A DNA stretch of 53,769 nucleotides from an uncultured bacterium (GTDB lineage Bacteria > Patescibacteriota > Minisyncoccia > Phycocordibacterales > Phycocordibacteraceae): NCBI GenBank assembly GCA_903994795.1, contig CAJEYI010000003.1, positions 1-53,769 on the forward strand, written 5' to 3'. How positions within the stretch are numbered: the first letter of the stretch is position 1; every line of letters begins with the position of its first letter. Both the position numbers and the translations under genes were made by a program. The notes under the pieces were generated by a model. That model had not been told where the DNA came from and searched no databases. It saw only the letters and a program-made list of their open reading frames with translations. Below, one piece after another: positions 18,680 through 27,567 of the stretch.

Positions 18680-18816
18680 GTACGAATGATAAAGTGGCGT
18701 GCTGAGAATCAGTTGGAGTGCTTAACTGCCAGTGTGTTAAAAGTAACACCCACGCCTTCGCGAAATACTCCGATGCTCTACTTCGCGGATGAAGAAATAA
18801 GCGGTATACTCGTGAC

Positions 18817-19641
18817 ATGAATGAAGGACGATTGCATCCTATAACTGTGGCAGTACGCGAGATTGCGGACATTTTTGGCCGTATGGGTTTTGGTGTTGCG
18901 TATGGTCCGGAACTTGAGGATGAGTGGCATAACTTCACGTCGCTCAATGTTCCTGCTGATCATCCTGCGCGAGATATGCAGGATACATTCTGGTTGGGAG
19001 ACGCGGTGGCTACGGGTGTGGTAGGCGGGACTAGTGCAGTGGGCATCGAAGACAGGCGTGCAGAAGATGAAAAGAATCGCGTACGAAACGTGATGCGTAC
19101 GCACACGTCCCCAGTGCAAATGCGTTATATGGAAGAGCAGATGGAAAAAGGTATTCTTCCGCCGTATCGGATTATCGTTCCAGGAAAAGTTTTTAGAAAC
19201 GAGGCAACAGATGCAACACACGAAGCACAGTTCTATCAGAACGAAGGGCTTGTCGTGGGTGAGGGAATTTCTCTTGCGAACTTAAAGGAAACGCTCGAGC
19301 AATTTTTTAAAGAATATCTAGATAAGGATGCGAAGGTTCGTTTTCGTCCGAGCTTCTTTCCATTCACCGAGCCGTCAGTGGAGGTGGATGTGTGGTTCGC
19401 ACCCGTAAAAGATGGAGTCGCGCAGGCTGGACGATGGCTCGAAGTGATGGGTGCTGGAATGGTGCATCCTGACGTTCTTGAGAATGCAGGAATTGATTCG
19501 AAGAAATACCAAGGCTTTGCCTTTGGTGGTGGTATCGAGCGGCTCATCATGGTGAAGCATGGAGTGAACGATGTGCGAAATTTTCATTCAGGAGATCTTC
19601 GCTTTGTATATGGAATGGATACCATTCCTGAAAATAATTAA
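18817..19641 (+). CDS. pheS: Phenylalanine--tRNA ligase alpha subunit (no N-terminal coiled coil)
   Basis: GRLHP, HPARDMQDTF, RTHTSPVQ, FPFTEPS, GFAFG. Confidence 0.97.
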   Translation: MNEGRLHPITVAVREIADIFGRMGFGVAYGPELEDEWHNFTSLNVPADHPARDMQDTFWLGDAVATGVVGGTSAVGIEDRRAEDEKNRVRNVMRTHTSPVQMRYMEEQMEKGILPPYRIIVPGKVFRNEATDATHEAQFYQNEGLVVGEGISLANLKETLEQFFKEYLDKDAKVRFRPSFFPFTEPSVEVDVWFAPVKDGVAQAGRWLEVMGAGMVHPDVLENAGIDSKKYQGFAFGGGIERLIMVKHGVNDVRNFHSGDLRFVYGMDTIPENN

Positions 19642-19644
19642 TGT

Positions 19645-21618
19645 ATGAAAACTTCACGCGCCTGGCTTCAGAAATACTTTGAGAATCCGCTTCCATCAGC
19701 GGATGAAATTGCTGATGCCATTACTTTTCATGCATTTGAAATTGAGGAAGTGGTTGGAGATGATTTAATTGATGTCAATGTATTGCCGGATCGTGCTGCG
19801 GATTGTCTGTGTCATCGAGGAATTGCGCGCGAAATCAGTGCAGTGCTTAATGTGCCAATTCAAAACGATTCGCTTCGGGCAGAAACTCCCGTTTTCAGAC
19901 CTACGAGCACTCTCGCTGTTTCGATTGAAGATGAGTCAAAGTGTCTCAGGTATATTGGAGCTGTAGTGCGTGGGGTTGAGGTGGGTCCTTCGCCTGCGTG
20001 GCTTAAGGAAGCTCTGGAGTCCGTAGGTCAGCGGTCAATCAATAATGTTGTGGATGCAACGAACTACGTAATGCTCGACATTGGCCAGCCACTTCATGCA
20101 TTTGATGCAGATAGGCTTGTAGAAAAAGATGGCGCGTATTCAATACGTGTGCGTGATTCAAGACCTGAAGAAAAAATCACAACACTTACCGGAGATGAAT
20201 TTACACTTCCTGCTGGAACACTTTTAATAACTGATGCAAACTCAGACGCCCCTGTTGGTATTGCTGGGGTGAAAGGTGGTATCGCTGCACAAATCACAAC
20301 AGCAACGACAGACATCGTAATTGAGTCTGCAACTTTTGATGCTTCGCTTGTACGAAAGACCTCTCAGAAATTAAAGCTCTGGACTGACGCATCTCAGCGA
20401 TACCAAAACAGCCTCACACCAGAACTAGCTGCATATGGGATGAAGGAAGTGCTGGAGTTAATTCAGAAGGTTGCGGGTGGAGAAGTCGAGGGTGTTGTTG
20501 ATGTGTGCCCAAACACCGATGGAGCAGGTACTTCGGTAGGTAGACGTGAATCACAGAATGGGTCTGCTGGAGTTAGTGTTGCACTTGGAAAGATTAACTC
20601 GGTTCTCGGTTCGTCATACAGCGTGAGTGATGTCGAAGACGTCTTTAATCGTTTGGGATTTGAATACACGAGTGCGAATGAAGCGTTTGAAGTTGTTCCT
20701 CCTTTTGAGCGTCGCGACATAACAATTCCAGAGAATCTAATAGAGGAAGTCGGACGAATTCTTGGGTACGAGCACATTGCCCCGGTACTACTTCCGAAAC
20801 TCGCAACTGCACCTGATCAGAATCGATATAATGGTATCGAGCGGATTAAAGATTTCCTGATTGATCGAGGATTCACCGAGCTTTCAACACAGACCTTTGC
20901 GACTGCGGGCGAGATTGGGCTCGCAAACCCGCTTGATCAAACTAAACCAGCGCTTCGCGCTGGCCTCGCAGAAAATATGCAGAACGCGCTTACGCGCGCA
21001 GTTAGTGTAGCGCCACGAGTGCTCGGTCCTGCTTCTGAAATCAAGCTATTTGAAATCGGCACTGTTTTCAAAAAAGACGCTGAGTACCTCTCGCTCGTTC
21101 TTGGATATAAGCAACTCGTAGGGAAGCAATCAGCGACGCTTTTAGCTGAGGTTATTTCGCAACTCGAAGCAGAAATGATAGGTGTTGCTGCAGAGCGACC
21201 AGCGGTTGCAAGTGCAGAAGTTACAGAAATACTTCTTGCTGACTCAAATCTTGCACAACTCGGCGCAAGCTACGCACCAGGAAAGATTCGTGCAGGCGCA
21301 TACAAGTCATTTTCGATTTATCCATTCGCGCTCCGTGATATTGCAGTCTGGACTCCCGAGCGCACGGAGCAAGACGAAGTCTCAAATATCATTATAGGAA
21401 TTGCAGAGCAGGAAGACTTCGAGCTCGCGAGAATTGATCTCTTTGACCGCTTCTCAAAAGTTATCGACGGAAAAGAGAGAATCTCATACGCATTCCGACT
21501 TGTCTTCGAATCATTTGAGCGCACACTTTCTGATGAAGATCTCAATCCGCTCATGGACAAAATCACATCCGCACTAAATGCAACGGTAACAAACGGTGAA
21601 CAGTGGGAGGTTCGTTAA
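19645..21618 (+). CDS. pheT: Phenylalanine--tRNA ligase beta subunit (lacks the B2 OB domain)
   Basis: DCLCHRGIAREI, SINNVVDATNY, GQPLHAFD, RRDI...EEVGRI, C-terminal RDIAVW FDX-ACB domain. Confidence 0.95.
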   Translation: MKTSRAWLQKYFENPLPSADEIADAITFHAFEIEEVVGDDLIDVNVLPDRAADCLCHRGIAREISAVLNVPIQNDSLRAETPVFRPTSTLAVSIEDESKCLRYIGAVVRGVEVGPSPAWLKEALESVGQRSINNVVDATNYVMLDIGQPLHAFDADRLVEKDGAYSIRVRDSRPEEKITTLTGDEFTLPAGTLLITDANSDAPVGIAGVKGGIAAQITTATTDIVIESATFDASLVRKTSQKLKLWTDASQRYQNSLTPELAAYGMKEVLELIQKVAGGEVEGVVDVCPNTDGAGTSVGRRESQNGSAGVSVALGKINSVLGSSYSVSDVEDVFNRLGFEYTSANEAFEVVPPFERRDITIPENLIEEVGRILGYEHIAPVLLPKLATAPDQNRYNGIERIKDFLIDRGFTELSTQTFATAGEIGLANPLDQTKPALRAGLAENMQNALTRAVSVAPRVLGPASEIKLFEIGTVFKKDAEYLSLVLGYKQLVGKQSATLLAEVISQLEAEMIGVAAERPAVASAEVTEILLADSNLAQLGASYAPGKIRAGAYKSFSIYPFALRDIAVWTPERTEQDEVSNIIIGIAEQEDFELARIDLFDRFSKVIDGKERISYAFRLVFESFERTLSDEDLNPLMDKITSALNATVTNGEQWEVR

Positions 21619-21635
21619 CGATCAGAAATTTCTCT

Positions 21636-21989
21636 ATGGATTACATCACAATTGATGACCTGCGTATTCAGGCAAAGCACGGGCACTACGAAAACGAACG
21701 ACGCGTCGAACAGGAATTCCTTGTTTCTCTAAAGGTTGGTGTAGACGCAAAGGATGCGGGTGCTTCGGATGTGCTCGTGGATACTATCGACTATGATGCC
21801 TTGCGCGGAATTATTGTCGATGTCTTTCATGGAAAGTCACATTTCTTAGTTGAAGCACTTGCAGAAGATATTGCTCAACTCGTACTTGAAAATACATCAG
21901 CTCAAGAAGTCACGATTACAATCAAGAAGACTGCGGTGTGGCCGAGCGGTGTTCCGGGAATAGTTCTCACACGAACTAAGTCGAATTAA
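21636..21989 (+). CDS. folB: Dihydroneopterin aldolase
   Basis: DYITIDDL..AKHG..E..Q, DTIDY, LVEALAE; start at ATG 21636. Confidence 0.88.
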   Translation: MDYITIDDLRIQAKHGHYENERRVEQEFLVSLKVGVDAKDAGASDVLVDTIDYDALRGIIVDVFHGKSHFLVEALAEDIAQLVLENTSAQEVTITIKKTAVWPSGVPGIVLTRTKSN

Positions 21990-22006
21990 TAAAATAAAAT
22001 GCATCG

Positions 22007-22336
22007 ATGGAAAAGAAGATTATAAAATTTAGAGACTTTCTGGTGCCGCTTGTGCTTAGTGGTGAAAAAGATTCGACCTGGCGACTATTTGATGATAAAG
22101 AGCTGCGCGTTGGGGATGAAGTAGATCTCATTAATTGGAATACGAAAGAAAAGTTTGCCGACGCAGCTTTAATAGAAGTTCGTGAAAAAGAATTGGGACA
22201 GCTCGAACCAGAAGATTTCGATGGACATGAGAAGTTTGAGAGCGAAGAAGCTATGTATGAATCATACAGAACATACTATGGTGATGGTGTAACTCCGCAG
22301 ACCATTGTAAAGATCATTCGTTTCAAACTGCAATAG
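22007..22336 (+). CDS. ASCH-domain protein
   Basis: VLSGEKDSTWR (GxKxxTxR), LRVGD. Confidence 0.85.
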   Translation: MEKKIIKFRDFLVPLVLSGEKDSTWRLFDDKELRVGDEVDLINWNTKEKFADAALIEVREKELGQLEPEDFDGHEKFESEEAMYESYRTYYGDGVTPQTIVKIIRFKLQ

Positions 22337-23230
22337 CTATTGTGGCTGAATTGGGTCGAAGAGTGCAATGAGATATGCATTAATGGTGCGTTGATCGAGT
22401 GTGTAGAAGTTCTGATTTTCTGCGTGAAGCATTGCAGCGAGCTTCACTCCGACAAATCTCCAATGCCATGGTTCATACGTGTAGTATCCGTTACCGCTTG
22501 GATATGAAAGTATGAAGCCGTATTTGTATGCGTTCGCAGTAAGCCACGTATTTGCAGGTGTCTTTTCAAATCCCGTAAACGAGTCCTTCACGGTCTTTGT
22601 CGTAAGGTCTACCGCTGTACCGAGCTGATGTTCCGAATATCCTTGGTCTGCAGAGAATGCATTTGCCGTGCCTTTTCCGTACGTGACTTTGTATGCGGAC
22701 TTTAGAATTGCCTGTGTGCCAAACGAACGATACGAAGAAATAACAGAAAGGTCAGCTCCAGATGCTCGCGAAGCATCAATCATTGCTGTAAGGAATGGAA
22801 GCGCATCTGATTGGAATTGCAGAGTCTTTATTCCGTACACATATGATGGGTCAATATTTGAAAGTTTCGCTGGGACGTAGTTTTCACTGAGGAAGAAAAC
22901 CTTTGAATATTTTTCGAGGAGTTCAGGATCTGTACTGGCGAGTTTTGAAAGCGTGCCGACGGTTGTTGAAAGGGAACTGATTTGCGTACCGAAAGAATTA
23001 TTGAGTTCTGATAGTTGCGCTTCTAGTTGAGCATTCTTTGATTGCTCGTTTGTGAGCGCATCTGACTGTTGTTGCGCTGCAATTGTAAGCGAGGCGGTCG
23101 TGGACGCGAGGTCGGACTTCGTGATTTGGAGTTCCTTTGTGAGAAGGTAGTACCGGTACCCGCCAAATGCTACGACAGCGACAAGAATAATTCCGCCAAT
23201 CCAAGGTCCCCAAGTGCGTAGAATAGTCAT
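22337..23230 (-). CDS. Membrane-anchored M15B (VanY-like) D,D-/L,D-carboxypeptidase
   Basis: TM + coiled coil, SSYRS, SEHQLGTAVD (SxHxxGxAxD), YEPWHWRF. Confidence 0.92.
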   Translation of the reverse strand: MTILRTWGPWIGGIILVAVVAFGGYRYYLLTKELQITKSDLASTTASLTIAAQQQSDALTNEQSKNAQLEAQLSELNNSFGTQISSLSTTVGTLSKLASTDPELLEKYSKVFFLSENYVPAKLSNIDPSYVYGIKTLQFQSDALPFLTAMIDASRASGADLSVISSYRSFGTQAILKSAYKVTYGKGTANAFSADQGYSEHQLGTAVDLTTKTVKDSFTGFEKTPANTWLTANAYKYGFILSYPSGNGYYTYEPWHWRFVGVKLAAMLHAENQNFYTLDQRTINAYLIALFDPIQPQ

Positions 23231-23286
23231 GTATTTTATTGTACGGCAAGAATCAAGAAATCATACTTTTGACGATACGATAGATA

Positions 23287-23319
23287 GAAAAACACCTCGG
23301 TTTTTCCGAGGTGTTTTTC
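23287..23319. terminator. Intrinsic terminator hairpin (bidirectional-type)
   Basis: GAAAAACACCTCGG-TTTTT-CCGAGGTGTTTTTC. Confidence 0.75.
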
Positions 23320-23400
23320 CTGTATCCCGCTTGGAAGCGGTGCAGATTGCCTTTATTAAGAATATTCTAAGTACGTATTTTGTCAACACATACATAACTA

Positions 23401-23469
23401 TGCCGGCGGAAGGAATCGAACCTTCGGGATACAAGTTGGCAATCTCACACCTGCTACCAAGCCGCCGAC
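23401..23469 (-). ncRNA. Non-canonical tRNA-like RNA (GCC/Gly-type loop, shrunken D arm, 8-bp anticodon-like stem)
   Basis: Minus strand: GTCGGCG GCT-TGGT-AGC A GGTGTGAG-ATTGCCAA-CTTGTATC CC GAAGG-TTCGATT-CCTTC CGCCGGC A; -10 box 7 nt upstream. Confidence 0.7.
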
Positions 23470-23476
23470 CGTATTA

Positions 23477-23535
23477 AGAGTAGCAATTCACTCATGAAGG
23501 AATCCTCAAGTGGTTCTAAAGTTTTTCTGAGTTTT
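23477..23535 (-). promoter_or_regulatory. Repeated promoter module, copy 2 (upstream of the tRNA-like RNA)
   Basis: Reverse complement of 23513-23535 is AAAACTCAGAAAAACTTTAGAAC; TTCCTTCATG 10 nt later; TGC-TACTCT at 23482-23477. Confidence 0.8.
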
Positions 23536-23647
23536 GCCCCCAAAATAAGAAGTGCGTCACGACTGTATTTTAGGAGGCCGTCGCGTACTCACGACGCAGA
23601 ATAGTTGAACAGTTACAGAAGATTTGTGATATAATAAAGGGACAATT

Positions 23648-25726
23648 ATGGCAAAGAAAGTAGATAAAACATCGGAATACGATGCGTCAAGCATTACGGT
23701 CCTTGAAGGACTAGAGCCAGTTCGTAAACGTCCCGGCATGTACATCGGAACCACTGGTCCTGATGGTCTTCACCACCTCATCTGGGAAATCTTCGATAAC
23801 TCACGCGACGAAGCGATGGGCGAGTATGCTGACGACATCGAGATCACACTTCTTCCTGGTGGATACGTGCGAGTTGTAGATAACGGTCGTGGTATTCCTG
23901 TGGGAATTCACCCAAAGACAAAAGTCTCTGCGCTCGAGACAATCATGACGACCCTCCATGCTGGAGGAAAGTTCGGTGGTGAAGATTCAGGATACAAAGT
24001 GTCTGGAGGTCTTCACGGTGTGGGAGCATCTGTGGTGAACGCACTTTCAGAGCACACAAAGGTGATTGTGCACAAAGAAGGCTCGAAGCACATGCAGGAA
24101 TACAAGATTGGTATTGCACAATCGAAAGTGAAAGTCATTGGAAAAACTGCGAACACTGGTTCGATAGTGTTCTTCAAACCAGACGTCACGATCTTCAAGG
24201 ACGGTATTAATTTCAGTTGGGAGAAAATCGTCGCGCACATTCGTCAGCAGGCATATCTCGTGAAGGACACGCGCATGACGATCATTGATGCTCGTGAAGC
24301 AGGAATGGTAGACACCGAGGAAGATTTTTATGTACGTGACCAGATGAATTCTGGAAAGCTTGATGTGCCAAGCATGACGTTCTATTTCGAGAATGGTCTT
24401 CGCTCACTCATTGCATTTTATAATCAGCACCAGGTACCAGTTCACAAGAATATTTTCTATGTAGATAAAGAGCAGGACAACGTGATGGTTGAGCTTGCGC
24501 TTCAGTACGTCGATGACACCACTCCTCGACTCACAGCGTTTGCAAACAATACATACAACTCTGAGGGTGGCACGCACGTCACGGGTTTCAAGACTGCTCT
24601 CACACGTATTCTCAATAACTACGCTCGTTCAATTGGTGTACTAAAGGAAAGCGAAGAAAACTTCACGGGAGACGATGCACTTGAAGGTATCACTGCGGTG
24701 GTATCTGTGAAGATGCCTGAAATTCAGTTCGAAGGACAAACAAAGGCAAAGCTTGGATCGGTTGAGGCACAGGGAGCAGTGAATACAGTCTTCACTGCAG
24801 CATTTACTTCATTCCTCGAAGAGAATCCTGACGACGGTCGTGCAATTGTAAACAAGGTGCTTCTCGCACTCAAGGCTCGAAAGGCAGCAAAGGCAGCAAA
24901 GGACTCAGTGCTTCGAAAGGGGGCACTCGAAGGAATGACACTTCCCGGAAAGCTTTCTGACTGTCAGAGTAAGGACGCAACAGAGTCAGAGATCTTCATT
25001 GTGGAGGGAGATTCAGCTGGAGGTACTACAAAGGCTGGTCGTGACCGTCGCACACAGGCCGTGCTGCCGCTTCGAGGAAAGATTCTAAACATTGAGCGAG
25101 CACGACTTGATAAGATGCTCGCGTCAGAGCAGATCAAGAACATCGTGATTGCGCTTGGTACAGCGATAGGAGACGTCTTCGATCTCTCAAAGCTTCGCTA
25201 TCACAAGATCATCATTGCAACTGACGCCGACGTGGACGGTGCCCATATTCGCACGCTCCTACTCACACTCTTCTACCGACACTTCCGTGCCGTTATTGAT
25301 GGAGGATTTATATACATCGCACAACCACCTCTCTACAAAATCAAGAAAGGAAAGGAGATTTTCTACGCATACACAGACGAAGAACGAAACAAGATTTATA
25401 AAACTCTTGGTGGAGAAGATGTGGTTATCGAAGAAGTGGAAAGTGATGCAGATGAACAGGAAGAGGAGAGTGAGGATGAGGCAGCAACAAGTAAGACAAA
25501 GCGTGTAAACAAAATCCAGCTCCAGCGATACAAAGGTCTCGGAGAGATGAACGCGTCAGAGCTTTGGGAAACAACTATGGATCCAAATCGTCGTGTGCTT
25601 AAGCGTGTCACTGTAGATGATGGCGCAGAAGCAGACCGTATTTTCGATATTCTTATGGGCTCAGATGTAGCAAGCCGAAAGTCATTCATTCAGTCAAACG
25701 CAAAACTCGCGAATCTGGATGTTTAG
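23648..25726 (+). CDS. gyrB: DNA gyrase subunit B
   Basis: LEGLEPVRKRPGMYIG, LHAGGKF, VEGDSAGG, PLRGK, DADVDGAHI, QRYKGLGEM. Confidence 0.97.
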   Translation: MAKKVDKTSEYDASSITVLEGLEPVRKRPGMYIGTTGPDGLHHLIWEIFDNSRDEAMGEYADDIEITLLPGGYVRVVDNGRGIPVGIHPKTKVSALETIMTTLHAGGKFGGEDSGYKVSGGLHGVGASVVNALSEHTKVIVHKEGSKHMQEYKIGIAQSKVKVIGKTANTGSIVFFKPDVTIFKDGINFSWEKIVAHIRQQAYLVKDTRMTIIDAREAGMVDTEEDFYVRDQMNSGKLDVPSMTFYFENGLRSLIAFYNQHQVPVHKNIFYVDKEQDNVMVELALQYVDDTTPRLTAFANNTYNSEGGTHVTGFKTALTRILNNYARSIGVLKESEENFTGDDALEGITAVVSVKMPEIQFEGQTKAKLGSVEAQGAVNTVFTAAFTSFLEENPDDGRAIVNKVLLALKARKAAKAAKDSVLRKGALEGMTLPGKLSDCQSKDATESEIFIVEGDSAGGTTKAGRDRRTQAVLPLRGKILNIERARLDKMLASEQIKNIVIALGTAIGDVFDLSKLRYHKIIIATDADVDGAHIRTLLLTLFYRHFRAVIDGGFIYIAQPPLYKIKKGKEIFYAYTDEERNKIYKTLGGEDVVIEEVESDADEQEEESEDEAATSKTKRVNKIQLQRYKGLGEMNASELWETTMDPNRRVLKRVTVDDGAEADRIFDILMGSDVASRKSFIQSNAKLANLDV

Positions 25727-26502
25727 TTCCCAGTCTGTGTGATAGTGACTGCGGCAGCTGCGCTATTGTTACCTTCGTTTGACTCGAAGATTGTATTGTT
25801 TGAATCTGCTTGAATTGTAATAGTTTGTGCAGGGCCTGGAATTGCTTGATTGAATCCAAGTGTGAATACTGTGTGGTCTCCAGGATTAAGAGATGGTTCG
25901 ATAGGGGAATTAAAGAAGGTATTATTGATTGAAGGAATGCGTGCGATAAAGTTCCATGGGCCGGTAGAATTTGTGCCGTTGTTTGCTATAGAAAATTTCA
26001 CCGCAGGGCGTGCGCCGGGCGGGATGATGTTTGCCGGCACGAAAGACTCAGTAGATTCTGTAGTGAGATATCCAGTAGCGATGATAGATACTGAAAGGTC
26101 CGAGTATCCATATGGTGCAGATGCATGAGAGGTTGACTCAGGCGGCACTGTCTTGTGAGGTGTAGTAGGTACAGTGACAGGTGCAGTTAAAGCAGCGGCA
26201 ATGATTGGAGAGGAACTTGCTGTTGGAGGATTGATTGTGGTTGTCTGTGAGACAATCATTCCAGAATTATTTGGTGGAGTCGTTGATGAGACAACAAGCA
26301 CTGGCGTGTCATCAGAATGCTTCGGCCCAGTGAGTTTTGAAATAGCTAGAGGAATGTATCGAGCACTATAAATAGCAAGTGTAATACCTAGAATAAGTAG
26401 TGCAATAAATCCAACAGTCGCAAGTGCCGCAACGGCTGAACGTCGCGCAGGGGACTGCGTGGTTGTTCGTGTTGTCTGGTCGATGGTTACATTCGAAGTC
26501 AT
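25723..26502 (-). CDS. Membrane-anchored protein with Pro/Thr linker and C-terminal CARDB-like domain
   Basis: TM segment, PT-rich stalk, DLSVSI...IANNGT...ADSNNTIFESNEGNN; start set at ATG 26502. Confidence 0.8.
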   Translation of the reverse strand: MTSNVTIDQTTRTTTQSPARRSAVAALATVGFIALLILGITLAIYSARYIPLAISKLTGPKHSDDTPVLVVSSTTPPNNSGMIVSQTTTINPPTASSSPIIAAALTAPVTVPTTPHKTVPPESTSHASAPYGYSDLSVSIIATGYLTTESTESFVPANIIPPGARPAVKFSIANNGTNSTGPWNFIARIPSINNTFFNSPIEPSLNPGDHTVFTLGFNQAIPGPAQTITIQADSNNTIFESNEGNNSAAAAVTITQTGN

Positions 26503-26621
26503 ATGTAACTTATATTTAACATACTCAAATACCTTTGTCAATAGGTCATACTCAATTATGAAGAAAATGTCAAAAGACCTTGACAATTGCTTCATTGTGG
26601 TGTATTTATATAGAAGGCCAT

Positions 26622-27407
26622 ATGAATGCAGCACAAACAACAGTCAGTGTTATCCGAGCCGGAAAACAGGCATATGCTAAGAAAGGGACCTTCTTGGTGC
26701 TTTTCCTAGTCATCACATTGATAGTGGTACGTGTTGCATTTGTCACGGGATTCGTTCCGAATCCCGTCGACTTCAGCACAATCGGTAGCGACGTGTCGAA
26801 TTCAAGTGTCTCACTTGGGAACTCACCACTAGCTGTTGGATTGCCGCTAAGTGTGGTCACAGGCACACCTGATACTTCGACACACACAGATACGAATGCA
26901 TCAGCACAAACTCAGAATGCTTCGCAGGCACATGCTTCAGCCGGATCTCTAAATATGAATGGAGAACTCCCGGTGAAGATTACTATTGCAAGCATCGGAC
27001 TTTCTGCTAAAGTTTCAAATCCTGCAACGACAGATGTTGATGCGCTTGATCAATACCTTCTGTCAGGCACTGCTCGATACCCAACGTCGTCTACGCTTGA
27101 TCAGGAAGGAAATGTGATTCTCTTTGGACATTCAAGTTATCTACCTGTTGTGATCAATAAGGCATTTAAGACCTTTGATGGAATTCAGAAATTGAGTGCA
27201 GGAGATGAGATTAAGGTGTACAGCTCCACTCATGTCTATACGTACTCAGTAACAAACGTGCAACAGCAAAGCGCCACCTCAGACGGTATTCCTCTTACCA
27301 CATCTGGTCACACACTTACACTCGCAACGTGTGACTCATTTGGAAAGAAGAGTGATCGTTTCGTTGTGACCGCAACACTCGTTGGAAGCTCTGCGCTTGG
27401 AAGCTAG
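26622..27407 (+). CDS. Sortase (class D/F-like)
   Basis: N-terminal TM; catalytic triad H (ILFGHSS), C (LTLATC), R (SDRFVV); start at ATG 26622. Confidence 0.9.
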   Translation: MNAAQTTVSVIRAGKQAYAKKGTFLVLFLVITLIVVRVAFVTGFVPNPVDFSTIGSDVSNSSVSLGNSPLAVGLPLSVVTGTPDTSTHTDTNASAQTQNASQAHASAGSLNMNGELPVKITIASIGLSAKVSNPATTDVDALDQYLLSGTARYPTSSTLDQEGNVILFGHSSYLPVVINKAFKTFDGIQKLSAGDEIKVYSSTHVYTYSVTNVQQQSATSDGIPLTTSGHTLTLATCDSFGKKSDRFVVTATLVGSSALGS

Positions 27408-27567
27408 TCTCACGACCAGTCTTGCAATTGTAGAGCTCCTCATGAGGGCTTCATGAGCAATCATGTAAGTTTCGAATGGGGTAGAGCTCGACCGCACACG
27501 CGGTAGGAGAAATGTTCTATAGGCCAGCCGTCCCATCCCGGGGCGGCGCAACAAGGGAAAAAGTTCG

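Noticed and set aside
18690-18816. T-box leaders for pheS or thrS
   Set aside because: No GGTGG-ACC T-box sequence; both genes have -10 boxes immediately before ATG
18585-18947. ORFs spanning the palindromic elements (18585-18947, 15020-15343, 42840-43145)
   Set aside because: Spurious translations of GC-rich repeats overlapping real genes
23401-23469. tRNA-like RNA as tmRNA (one- or two-piece)
   Set aside because: No G3.U70 pair and no mRNA-like domain or tag ORF; the long stem is closed by a short loop
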